From Paraspadella gotoi (taxonomy: Eukaryota > Animalia > Chaetognatha): DNA of 64,000 nucleotides. Shown in pieces: positions 36,095 through 64,000 of the stretch. The notes under the pieces were generated by a model, which was not told the DNA's origin, searched no databases, and worked only from the letters and a program-made list of their open reading frames with translations. The stretch lies in NCBI GenBank assembly GCA_051294375.1, contig CM119265.1, positions 9,060,772-9,124,771 on the forward strand, written 5' to 3'. The position numbers and the translations under genes were made by a program. The first letter of the stretch is position 1, and each line of letters begins with the position of its first letter.

Positions 36095-39000
36095 AAGAAA
36101 AAAGAGAGAGGAATAATTTGCGATGACTTATACAATATACAGATCGAGGAAGCGATTTTGAAATGCAAAACTAAACTTAACGCCTCCCTGGCGCGACAGC
36201 GCATCAAGGCAACGCGGCGACGCTGGATCATCTTCTTCCCGAAAACGTCAGGTGGCAATTCTGTCGTAAAGTTGCGTGTGAATGCACCTCAGATGCTCTT
36301 TTAAAGTATTCATTTTTTTTTCGCAGATGCAAGCAAAAGGTTTCCGTCGGGTCACCGCAATATGTTTGGGTGAATCTCCTCAAGTCCTCGTAAGTTCGTT
36401 CATTTTCCCTGTACCGATTGTTACACGTACATAAAAATCACATTCACGCTTTCACAGCATGCAAGATGTTCTGAATCACTTTCAAGAAACCAACGAATTC
36501 GTGCCAACGCAAACAGAACCAACGAAATTGGAAGATTTCAAAGGTGAAGCGTTGAACACTGAGATTCAAAATTATTTTAAAATTGTTTATATATATTTAT
36601 TTATTTATATTTATTTTCGATTGAATTTTTCAATATATATTTATTGATTAAAGGTAAAATCTACTACGCGGATCCCCACTGTGACGATCTCATTATCTTC
36701 CCGCCGAGTTTAAACAATTTTTACAACAGCATCAATTGAATCGCGATGGAATAATAATCGTTCAAGTGAGGAGAGAGCAAAGATTCGAAGCAGCGACAAA
36801 TTGATTTGAAGAGTTATTATTAATATCGAATAACAGATGCGTACAATCAGATTAAGAGAAGATAAACAGCAAAAATCAAAATTAAATTAACATAAATCAT
36901 AAAATCGTAATGTTGGTTTCTGAGTACGTAAACATGCACCAAAACAATAATAATCCACTCCCTCCCGCAAAAAAACAAAAACAAACAAACAAAAGGACAA
37001 ATCGAGTTGTTTGGGTCCACATTCGGTGCGACTGCTGATCAATCAGGGAGACGACATCATCTTCACCAGCGCGTCGTCCGGGATGACGACGGCGCACATC
37101 GCCTCGCTCATCGGTGAGGCTTTCAGTTTCACAGATTCGAAACGAGTGAATCGTGAATTCCGAATGAGAAAAAAAACATTTAGAGCAATCGCCTCAATCG
37201 CGTAGATGTTTTGCTTTTAATGAACGTTTTGTTTTTTTTTAAATGATTTTATCGAGATTTTAATGACGTTATTGGGTTTTTGTTTATATGAATGATGATG
37301 ATCAAGCTTTTTAAACCTTTCGTGCATGACTTTTGTTTTTTAACCCCGAGTTTAACTAAAAGCATCTTGAACGAATGCTAACGATTCTCACCGTTGCTAT
37401 AAAGCATGCTCTCGATCTTCTTTTAATAAATCGTGTATCAGCTAACGATGCCAACGAAGGTAAGATATTCGCGGTGTAAAGGGATTATTTCTGTTTGTAT
37501 AATAAACACGGAACGATTAATAATCCAGATAATCGCTTTTTACGTTATTTTCCCATGAAAAGTGGATCACTATTTTTAAGTCCAAAGAATGTATTTGTTG
37601 ACGTTTCAATCGTCACGCCACGTTTGCGTTGTTTCGTTCTCCGTAACTGAAACGAAATTGTTTTATCGTTACTCTTTAAGTTCAAATTTTTTAATCGTAG
37701 TCTCGTAATATATTTTTTTTTAATTCTAGAATGGGACAAATCGAACATTTTTGCCTTTGGGGCTCGAAGTCCTCAACATCTGGAAGATTTGAAAAGAAAG
37801 ATGAGTGGCTACAATTGCAAAAATGTCATTTGCATGAAGGAAGACTTTTTGAATACCGATCCGGATGATCCCAAATTCAAAAATGTCAAGGTACCTACGA
37901 TAAAAATACGGGAGATAAACTTATAAAATGATCTAAATCGATAATAAGTAAATCGCATTTGCGTATTATTATTTTTTTTTTTATAAAAAATGTTTAATAG
38001 ATATTTTCATGGATTTATTTAACACATCAGGTGATTCTGGTTACGGCTCAGTGCAGTAAGTCGGGGATCATCGATCCCGTGGACTTCATCGTTTCCGAAG
38101 GGGAGGACATGAGCATCCTCAAGTATCTCTCCAGGGGAGAAGTCGATCAGGCCAAGCTGGGAGAACTCATCACGCAGCACAACAAGATCCTCAAACACGC
38201 AATGATGTGTGAGTACTCGGGAAGAGCCGAGTGTTGGGAGGCAAGGAAAGTCGAATTAACATTACTATTTTAATATTATGTGAACAGTTACTAACGCTCA
38301 CGCAGTGGTTTACGCCACGCGATCCGTCAATGAATCGGAGAACGAGGGCGTCGTCAACAAAGGTTCGTTTCGTTTTCACAAAAATCCTAACTATTTATTT
38401 ATTTTTTTCTTTCATTTTATCAAATGTTCTCAGTAAATAATTATTCTTTTTCTTCACCCGTATCTCCGAAACTCCCCCTGGCCAGCCTGCGAGCAAGTTA
38501 ACGCAGCGCAGTACGTCGGGCGGCTTCCGTTCCGCGTTTCCCCTCCCGTCCTTCCCTTCTCAGAGTTCGACATCGAAAAATCGATCGGAATCTCGGGAAA
38601 GTTCATCAAATTCACACCCACCAACATCATGAGCGGCTGCTTCGTTGCCGTTATCACTAGGGAGGCCGACGATCCAAAGTGAGAGAAGGATTTAGGGGTG
38701 ATCGCTGGACGATCATGCTGTCATTTTGGTCATAATCGTTGTATTAGTCGCGGCGTGACGGCGACTCTATATGACACTTTTTTCGGTCTGTCTGATGGTC
38801 TAAGTGACTGCTAGCGCCGCCTTCAGGAATTCCTAAAACTATAAAGAATAAAAGATGGAAATTTAATGCAGGGTATGTCATAAATATGCGGGCAAAAAAA
38901 GTTTTTTAGTCAAGTCATGTCATGTCATGATATATCATGTGATCAATACACGTGAAAATAAAGTCACTGCGGCGCAACACATTGGAATTACCCTTCTTGT

Positions 39001-39298
39001 TATTTTAAATTAATACAATCATCGATAACAGCGCGGCAAAAAAAGTTCTGATCATTGAAGATATCGATAAATTTATTAATAAATTATTAATTTATCAATC
39101 TCCTCCCTCTCTTTCTTTTGCAGAGAGGCGACGAAGGACATGATGGCGGGCGCCAAGGACAAGGGAATCTTGGGCAAAGGCGGCGCCGCTCCAAGATCGA
39201 GGACGCCATCATCGAAGAGACGTTCGACGAAGACGACGATGCGAAGGGCAAGGGGGGAAGGGGGGCAAGGCAAGGACAAGAAGGGAAAGAAAAAGTGA
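31669..39298 (+). CDS. NSUN7: NSUN7-like putative RNA m5C methyltransferase
   Basis: Exons encode FELAFSALK (~34646-34763), FQTLLETMLDD (35607-35665), VMVMLF..FQNRKFQ (35902-36011), KTKLNASLARQRIK..HLLPENVR (36143-36251), YVWVN, DPHCDDLIIFP, DKSSCLGPHSV, FKNVKVILVTAQCSKSGIIDPVDFIVSE (38031-38199), VVYATRSVNESENEGVV, FRVSPPVLP..MSGCFVAVITRE (38486-38678), and a last exon at 39124-39298. Order and motifs match NSUN7. The 5' exons and start codon are less certain, and there are three or more apparent 1-nt indels. Confidence 0.9.
32957..33855 (+). repeat. ~440-460-bp tandem duplication containing degenerate (CCCTAA)n and a 17-nt candidate micro-exon
   Basis: 32957-33417 is repeated at 33417-33855; telomere-like taaccc/ctaat tracts at ~33080-33182 and ~33525-33600. 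Confidence 0.85.
34162..34401 (-). repeat. Inverted copy of the dispersed ~240-bp repeat, inside an NSUN7 intron
   Basis: Reverse complement matches 17016-17257 (e.g. caccaaagcctgtccaaagt, ggggcaagatagcttatttattaaatgaatgg). Confidence 0.75.
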
Positions 39299-40014
39299 TG
39301 AGGAAGAGAAGACGAGGATGGAGGAAAGGGGGTGGAGAAGTGGAGCGATACTGTGGGAGAATATAATTGCTGGGTTTTTTTTTGGTTTTTTTAAGTTTGT
39401 TTTCAAAGTTAATCGTTATTGTTTATTGGTACGCTTTATTTTAATTTCATTTTCATTTTTGTTTTAAACAACAAAATATAAAAAAACGGAAAAATGAAGA
39501 AACGAAAAGATGAGTGGAAAGGGTCAACCGGTGAAATAAATTTCCGATATATTTACATACTTAAAAGTACTTTCATACCGATGGATCTCCCTCCAGGAAC
39601 AAAGTCCGATGCACTGATTTGTTACTCGATTGTTGACTTCCCTGAAAACTAAAAATAAATGTTGTCATGCACGTTCATGTACTTGTCTTTGCATGATACT
39701 GTTAAAGTTATTTTACGACAACACGCATTTCTCAAAAAGTCAAGAATTGTCAGGTACTAAAAAATGCTGCTGAAAATTTTATTTTCTAGTTAAAAAGTAG
39801 ATAGTTTATAGTAAACGTTAGTTTTCTTTAGTTTATAGTAGGTAGTTCATAATTAACGTAAGTTGTCGTGCTCGCGAAAGAGAGAAAGAAATAGAGTGAG
39901 CGATACCAGTAAACTCAACGCTCCTAGCGCGCGACGTTGCCATGTCAGCGCGCCTGCCGCTCCTACATCCAAACCCAAACATTTCCGCTTTTTTAATTTA
40001 AACTAAACGTAAAG

Positions 40015-43000
40015 ATGGCGTTTCTCTCCGAAAGCGGAATTCCTTTTGTCAGACTCTTTTTTGGGATTTTTATCGGTAGGTTTGTCCTTGTGATCAATTT
40101 TCGTAACTACAAGGTGACACTACGCAACCCGCCGCTAGAAAAAAATCGCCATTGCAAACCTTTAAATTGTTTTTTAAATAAAAACCAAAATAATTTAAAT
40201 TGGTTTAATTAACTGCTAATTTAGGAGCAGTTGGACCGCTATATATTACCTAGATCTTTTATGTATTCTATAGTATTCATCGTTGTAATGTACAACGCGA
40301 AAAAAGATTTCTTCGTGCTCATCAGGATTTTCGCTGACGGCAAATTTCGCGCTGGTCATCATTATCCGCTGCTCTGCCGCGTTAGGGACGCCGTCCAACC
40401 TGCAGCTAGTTTCCATCTGCTGCAACAACTTGCTCGTTTGCATCTGTATCGCGTTATCGTTAGGTGTTAAGTTTGTGACGTTAAACAAATTAAAGATTTT
40501 TTCTTTCACTCACCTGTTCATCAAATCTCAGGACTGATAATCGATGGCGGCGGAGAATATTTGACTCTGTGTCGTCCCTTGTTGTTCTTCACTTATCTGA
40601 CCGACGTTCAGTTTTGGGGAACGTTCGTGGCCATAGGTGAGTGTCGCTTTAATGGCCTCGTCTTCGTCGTCGTCGTTGTTGTTGTTATAAATTGGCATTG
40701 ATCGATTCTTCGTTTCATTTTCAGCCATGTTTCGATCTCTAACCACCAGAGACAGAACCATGTCGGTTCCCGCCAAAAAAAGGATAATTTACAAAAGACT
40801 GATGATATTTTGGTCGCTTAGTTTTTTAATCGCCACAGTGGGGAGCGTTCTCGTTTCGTATGGAGGTAATGGAATTCTAATTTGGGACAACAGCCTCGCA
40901 ATAACTAAAACCGTTTCTTTACTTCAGCTATCTCCAAGTTTCATAACAAAATATCAATATTAACTCTCCCAGAATCAATTTCGGAGCACCATTTGACGAT
41001 TTGCGGTCTTCCGATTGCCGCAAACGAATCGGAGACATCGAAGACGAGATTGTCCTCGGCGAATGAATCGACGAACTCATCGACGGATGCCGAATCGTGG
41101 ACGCCATCGAGAGGCGGAAGCTTCATTTACTTCCTCGTCGTCGTCTACGTCCTTTTCTTTCTCACTCTCGGTGAGCATTGATTTTTTTTAACAATCCCCT
41201 TTGACATTACATTTCGACTCAATAAATACACAAAATAAAGAGATACTAAAGATGTTTTCAATTAAACCCTATGACTTCACGAGAACGAAAGATAACGCAG
41301 GTCTCACTAACGAATACAAAAGCCGCTTATTAGCTTTATTATTTAATATTCTTTTACTTTTAGCCTATTACTACGGCCGCATATGTTACGCCGTCACCAA
41401 GTCTGGAGTTCACCCAAAAATTTCTCCCTTCGTAGAAGAGTGCGAAGACGCTGCCAGCGTTTCCCCGAGGTGCTTGAAGAAACATTTTTTTGGGATAAAA
41501 TAATACAATTTTGTAAGATTACATCCTTGTTTCATTTTGTCCTCTATCTCATGCAACCCTTTACCCTTTACTCACCCGCCACTCGTTCCATATCTGCCCC
41601 TAAGCCTCGAGTCATCAACGCGAACATACAACGCCTACCGCGTCACCGACGGAATTCGCGCCGCCTCCGTCGCGCCCGTTGTCGTTTGGTCATCCGCCGC
41701 CAACGTCGCAAACCGCACGGGCGTCGGCCTTGACCGTAAGCCACGCCCCGACGCTGGCCGGACGCGGCGGACGAACGACGACGGGGTTGGCGCCAAACCA
41801 ATCCCAACGTTCGATATCGTTTGCGTCGACGCTGAAACGACAACTGTAAAGACCAGGACGACCACGCTTACGACAATGCCTCGTAGAAATGTAATCTTGG
41901 AGAAAATGTTTTTAAGCGAATAATAATATTATTAAGTACTACCTATTTTCGTAGGTCTCCGGACTCTACCGTGATAACTCTATTTCTTCTCGAGTTGAAA
42001 TCTATCAAAGTACTGACGGTAAATGAGCGGTAAACTAGATTACAAAGTAAAATTCGAATGAAATAAGTAAAACAGATTTTGGTTACAGCTAATTTTGATT
42101 TTGCTGCAATGTTGCAAAATTTTCAGGTTCCACGCTACGTGTGGCAAACGACGACCCCATTTTCGGACCAGTAGCAGCCCGAAAGATGTACGAGGACGCC
42201 CAAAGACGAAAGTAAGTTCTTCCATCTCAACGACAAAAACAATTTTTGATTTTTTTTCCCCCTTTTTCAGATCGTGGACGCCATCTTCTTCTCCTTCCGA
42301 TCTCGGAATTTTCGGAGATGAGGCGCTTCTTGAAGAAATCGTTGCCTCCGCAAAAACAAAAGTAAATAAAAAAATGGCTATGTAGTTTTTCTTAATTCAC
42401 GCTCTTTTATTACGTACCTTAAATGAAAAAAAAATCATTGTTCGAGTTAAATAATTGGTTTAAAGTATTTTAATTTCCTTCCGAATTATTTTTAATACCC
42501 ATTAATCGCCTTATATCGCAGGCGGTATCAATGAAGGGAACGTTTACGAACTTAGCAGAAGTGATGCCGACTAATGAAGTCAGTGAGGCCGTAGCTTCTG
42601 CAAAGAATTTGCAGCGAAGAAAGTCCCATCCCTTTACTCACCGTGACAGTAAGTGACAGTGAGTAATATAAAGTTTATTTTATAAAGCAGCTTGTAACGT
42701 TTACATCACCAATATAATTTTTTTTTTTCCATTTTAACTCGATAATATAATTAAAATATCCCAAAAATTAATTAACATATCTGAATTATCGCTAATATGT
42801 TTGCTAATCGCCATTATCTATCCAGGTTTGACGGCTCCTTGCGTTAGAAGCGCCAAACCGGACGTCAAGGCCCCGAGTCACGTGACGGACGTCGGCGACA
42901 TTGGGTTTCGCTTGAAGCGACACCACCGGGAAGCGCGGATGGCGAAGCGGGCGATAAGAAACAACGCCGTTCTGTTGGCGGGTGAATCGGGCGGGCTTAG

Positions 43001-43404
43001 CCAGGAGAAACGAGAAAACTATTGTCATTAATTGTAAATTGCGAAATCTCTCTCTCTCTCTCTCTTTTATATTCTTTTTTCTCTCTCTCTCAGCCTTTCT
43101 CATTTTGTCTGCTCCGTTCCACGCTCTGATGTTCCCCGACATCTACTTTCCTTTGGCCTCAAAACACGTGACCATCTCTCCATCCGCTACTAAGACCAGC
43201 GCCGCCACTTCCTCCGCCGCCAATCCTACAGCTACTCCCGCCGCCATACCCGCCGCCTCCTTCCCTCTTCCCGTCGCCATCGCCAAAATTCTTTTTTACT
43301 TTTACTCCGTTTTATGTCCGATCGCTTATCTCGCCTTCTCCCGCCGCGTTCGACGCTGCAGCTACCGGATTCTTAAGAACGTCGTCGACTGCGGCTGCTG
43401 CTGA
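40015..43404 (+). CDS. Divergent rhodopsin-like (class A) orphan GPCR with a long third intracellular loop
   Basis: Exons 40015-40075, 40326-40463, 40532-40636, 40725-40865, 40973-41170, 41364-41469, 41605-41890, 41955-42018, ~42127-42211, ~42271-42361, ~42522-42648, 42826-42981, 43094-43404. Seven hydrophobic segments carry class-A landmarks: TM1 LTANF, TM2 PSNLQLVSICCNNLL, TM3 LCR...AIAMFRS, TM4 IFW, ECL2 Cys, TM5 YYYGRI, TM6 FLILSAPF, TM7 LCPIAY, helix 8 FSRRVR, and C-terminal CGCC. Confidence 0.8.
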
Positions 43405-44210
43405 TGGGGTCGGGGACTCCTAATTATGTATATAGCGATGGAAACTGGTGATGTCAGAAAGAGAGACAGAGAGACAAGTCATGTCTGCGAAGAACTTCAT
43501 GAATCGTAATTGCGTCATTAGTTGTAATCACGCACTCTTCACGTGATCGTACCAAGTCAAAACCCGCACTCCACAATATTCCACTTCCAGGTGGTAACGA
43601 AATTCGAAATAATCGCCCGCAATTATCCTCTTCAGGTTTTTCTTTTTTTTTACAAGTTTCTTTGTTTGACTTGACGGGCCACTTTCAAGTTTTGACGCGG
43701 GGGTCAATAACTTCCGATGTAAATTGTTACATTCTTTTAAAAAGCAATACGGCGTTAAATGAGACATATCGGTTTAATAATTAATAAAATCGACACGAAT
43801 GACAGAAAGTAATACTTGGAGGCAATGCAATGCTATTCGGTACGTCCAAAATTGTATGTGAACATCAAAATAATACTTATTCGCGGTAAAAACATTAAAC
43901 GAAACATTTCATAACGTTAAAACTAGCGAGGAAGATATTGAGATTAATAACTCTAAAATATCATATAACGTATTGTTTCAATTTAATGTACAATACTATT
44001 TTTAAAAAAATGAAATAATCTTGCTCGAAGATAAGCCTGTAGGCCGTAAGTAAATTTGAGTATTGAAAATAAAATTCGTAGATGGCGAACAAAATCTTCA
44101 AACAAGACGAAACATAAAAAAATAAAAAAATAAGAAGAAAAAGGAACAAAAGAAATTAAGAGACCCTGAAAATTAAGTCGTGAACGACGTAGACGACGCC
44201 CCCGTCGAGT

Positions 44211-60993
<16,783 letters not shown>

Positions 60994-61371
60994 ACCGTTG
61001 CCGCCGCTGCGTTTTGAATTCGTGTAGTAAGCGACATTTTTAAGGGTTTTTTTTCGGAAATCCGCTGTAGTTCCTCTTCAGCCGTTTCAGATCATATTAA
61101 TTTTTGTAAGTCGTGTGTACTTTTTCCCCGGTTTTTAAATTTTTATTTCAGATTCACCAAAAGTTATCTCTTTTTTTTTCTTCTCATTCATTGAGCCAGT
61201 GAGGATCTCGAATTGGATCGGGAGAGATGATACGAAGTCGTGTCATTGTAAATCGTTGTAGTTTTTTTTTTAAATCTTTTAATTTTTTTTCTTCTTCTCG
61301 CTCTCTCTCCCTCGCGTTGAACAGCTGTTTTTACTGAAGGCTTATTTCAAATCTATTACGAAGAAAAAGAA

Positions 61372-61412
<41 letters not shown>

Positions 61413-61509
61413 GAGAAAGAAGACGAGGGAAAAATGAGAAAAAAGTTGAAGTCGCCGAACCGCTTTAGTCGTTTATTTTATTTTATTTGAGAGAGAGAAA
61501 GAAAAAAAT

Positions 61510-61547
<38 letters not shown>

Positions 61548-61887
61548 GCTCAGTCCTGAGATGTTTTTAATTATATTTTTTTTCCATACATTTTTAACGT
61601 TAAATTGAATGATTAGAGCGCAACGGGTCAATGACGATGACAACGACGACGTCGGGGAAACCGATGACGACGACGATTGACGACGACGACGACAGCGACG
61701 AAGACGAAACCAGTAAGATGGTTTTCGCTCGCATAAATAATTTGCTTTTGTTTTTGTTTTTTTGTTTTATCCAGACTTTCACGTTGCGGTTCTTGAATCG
61801 ACTAATTTATTGATGCTTTTCTCAAAGAAACTTGTAGACGAAAATTGAATTCACAGACTGGGATTCGAATTTCCGACCCGAACGACT

Positions 61888-61936
<49 letters not shown>

Positions 61937-64000
61937 TTGTGTGAACTCTCTTTTTTTCCCTTTTTTATTTTTTTGCCGGCGTTTTTGACTTCACAGCAAA
62001 AAGATTGAAAAAAGATAAACAAATAGAAATAATTAAATCAAGTTGTCTCAGCCTCAAGAGTTAAGATCTTTTGGATCATAGGAGCGCACAACGAAAATGC
62101 TCTCACTCTCACTCTCTCTATGTCTCTCTCTCTCTGTCATTATATTTTACCTTAGGGGGTCTCAAGGATTAAGAATCGATCTTCCACAAAAAAAATAATA
62201 AAATCAGGTTCATTGTCTTCAACCCCGCCACGAAATGTCAACGAGTTAAATTTAAATTTTCAAACAAAATCTTTCTCTCTATTTATTTATTAAATTTGGT
62301 TAAACTTGTTTTAAATTTCCGTCATGAATTTAACCTTTAAAATCCTTTTATCGTCTCGTATTCCTGTAATTATATTTTCTCGTCAAAGTGTAATATTTTT
62401 TCTTCAATAAATTTCATGAATCATCACTCAAAAAGGCATCGGGAAATTCTAACATTATTATATTCTCTTCCTTCTCAGTCAAGTTTGGATTGAAGACTAT
62501 AATTAAGTAAATCGCGAAGTTGCTGAAAACAATGTTTTTCAGACTTGACTAAAAAAAATACACCCATGTGTACACTTTACACAGATATGACTCTAAGTTT
62601 TACATTAAATATTTCTCATGAAATGCTGAACATAAAGTTCAGTCATGTAGTTATACTACTAAAATTGCTATAAAATTCGTTCTCAAACTTTTTAACGTTG
62701 ATGATTGTCTTCAATTACTGTTTTACAAAATTAACAATGATCAAGTTGTCCCCTCTACTGGGGCTTTATGTATTTTTTTTCGCTCCGGCGAGTACCTACT
62801 TATTGGATTTCTATCGAGCGGCAAAGGTCGTTAAACTCGTTAACGACAAAAGGCGTTTCACGAAGAAAAAACCAATTGTCATGGTATTAAAAAACTTAAC
62901 GAGGCGCCGCTGAGCGAGAACGGGTTCTTAGGCGGGAACGCCGCTTTCTTTCTTTGAATTTTCCCTTTACCCAAATATTGTATGTCGTCATTTGAGTTTT
63001 CGGATTAAGATTAAAGAAAAAAAAAAGGAAATTAAGGAGCGTTTTAAGAGCGTTTTTTTTTCCGATGACGAAACGATTAAAAGGTTAAAAGGATTTCTTT
63101 CGGAGCGCCCGTCCACTATCATGACCGGCAGCGAGGAGTAGAAAATCCAGTTTTTCTCTTCGATTTTTCGAAAAATCACGTCGGTTCGGGTTGGGTCTCA
63201 ATTTGGGACAACTAGTTTTCCCCGCGGCAGGAAGAAGAGCGGAGCGTGGGGCAAAATTGGGGGAAGAGGGAAGGGGGGGGGTTGTCGTTGTTTAAAAAAC
63301 AAACAGCTGCAGGTTTAGAGGAATAGGATTGGAGGCGTCATGATGATTATTTTTACAATCTTTCTCTCTCTATCTCTGTCTCTCTCTCTCTCTCTCTCTG
63401 AGAGCTCTAAAACTTCTTATTATTCTTTACCAAATATATATAAAGTGAAAACTGAACGAAAATGGTAAACAAAATAGTTAGTGGAGTAATATAGAGAAAA
63501 ATAAAGCGACTGCGATAAATACAGCGACTTCAAAAAGAATCGTTTCCCCAGCAAACGATAATGACAATGATGACGACGAATACAGCAGTAAAGACTTCGA
63601 CGATGTCGAAATGAATAACAATTACAGAACTTCGAATCACGAACGAAGAAAATGAAAAAAAATAAAAAATAACGAGAAGCGATCCGATTGTTGCACTAAG
63701 AAAAAAAACACGATTTTTTTTATCATTTCTCCCGAGATTCTTCCCTTCAACTTTTCGACTTTGTAAACAAAAACAGTAAAAATCCAAAACGAGGTTTTCG
63801 ACGGTGAGGTATTTTTTTGGTTTGATGTTCTTGTAAATTCGTCGCGACAGAAAAAAGTCTGGATGATGAATTTCATAACTTCGAATTTCCTCGTCCGCTC
63901 GTCCTCCGTCGAAGCCAGCGGGAAAAAGTTGTAAAAACTTTTTTTTTCAGCCGATGATTAGCCAGTAGTTGGCTCTCTCCTAACTCTCGCGGATTGAGAG

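Noticed and set aside
61620-63930. CpG-rich patches upstream of MAP3K as another gene
   Set aside because: No consistent spliced ORF or recognisable motif; more likely 5' UTR or promoter sequence.

Overview
Eukaryotic (very probably animal) genomic DNA: AT-rich introns, CpG-rich exons, many (GA)n/(CT)n microsatellites. Five spliced genes can be reconstructed by eye. They are endophilin-B (minus, 5' part only), a C9orf43/DUF4647-like gene (plus), NSUN7 (plus), a very divergent class-A GPCR (plus) and MAP3K2/3 (minus). Bases 1-~9665 are a noisy duplicate of ~12312-21457, probably a false haplotype duplication, and single-base indels inside conserved exons show the consensus is error-prone. The most unusual signal is a 257-bp LTR-like repeat with TGTGGCA...TGCCATA ends and 4-bp target-site duplications. 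It carries a tRNA-like module (A box, B box, T-arm). It occurs as solo copies and once as a two-LTR TRIM-like unit with PBS/PPT-like ends, and a diverged relative lies at ~54.1-54.4 kb. Protein family assignments come from recalled motifs, not database searches.
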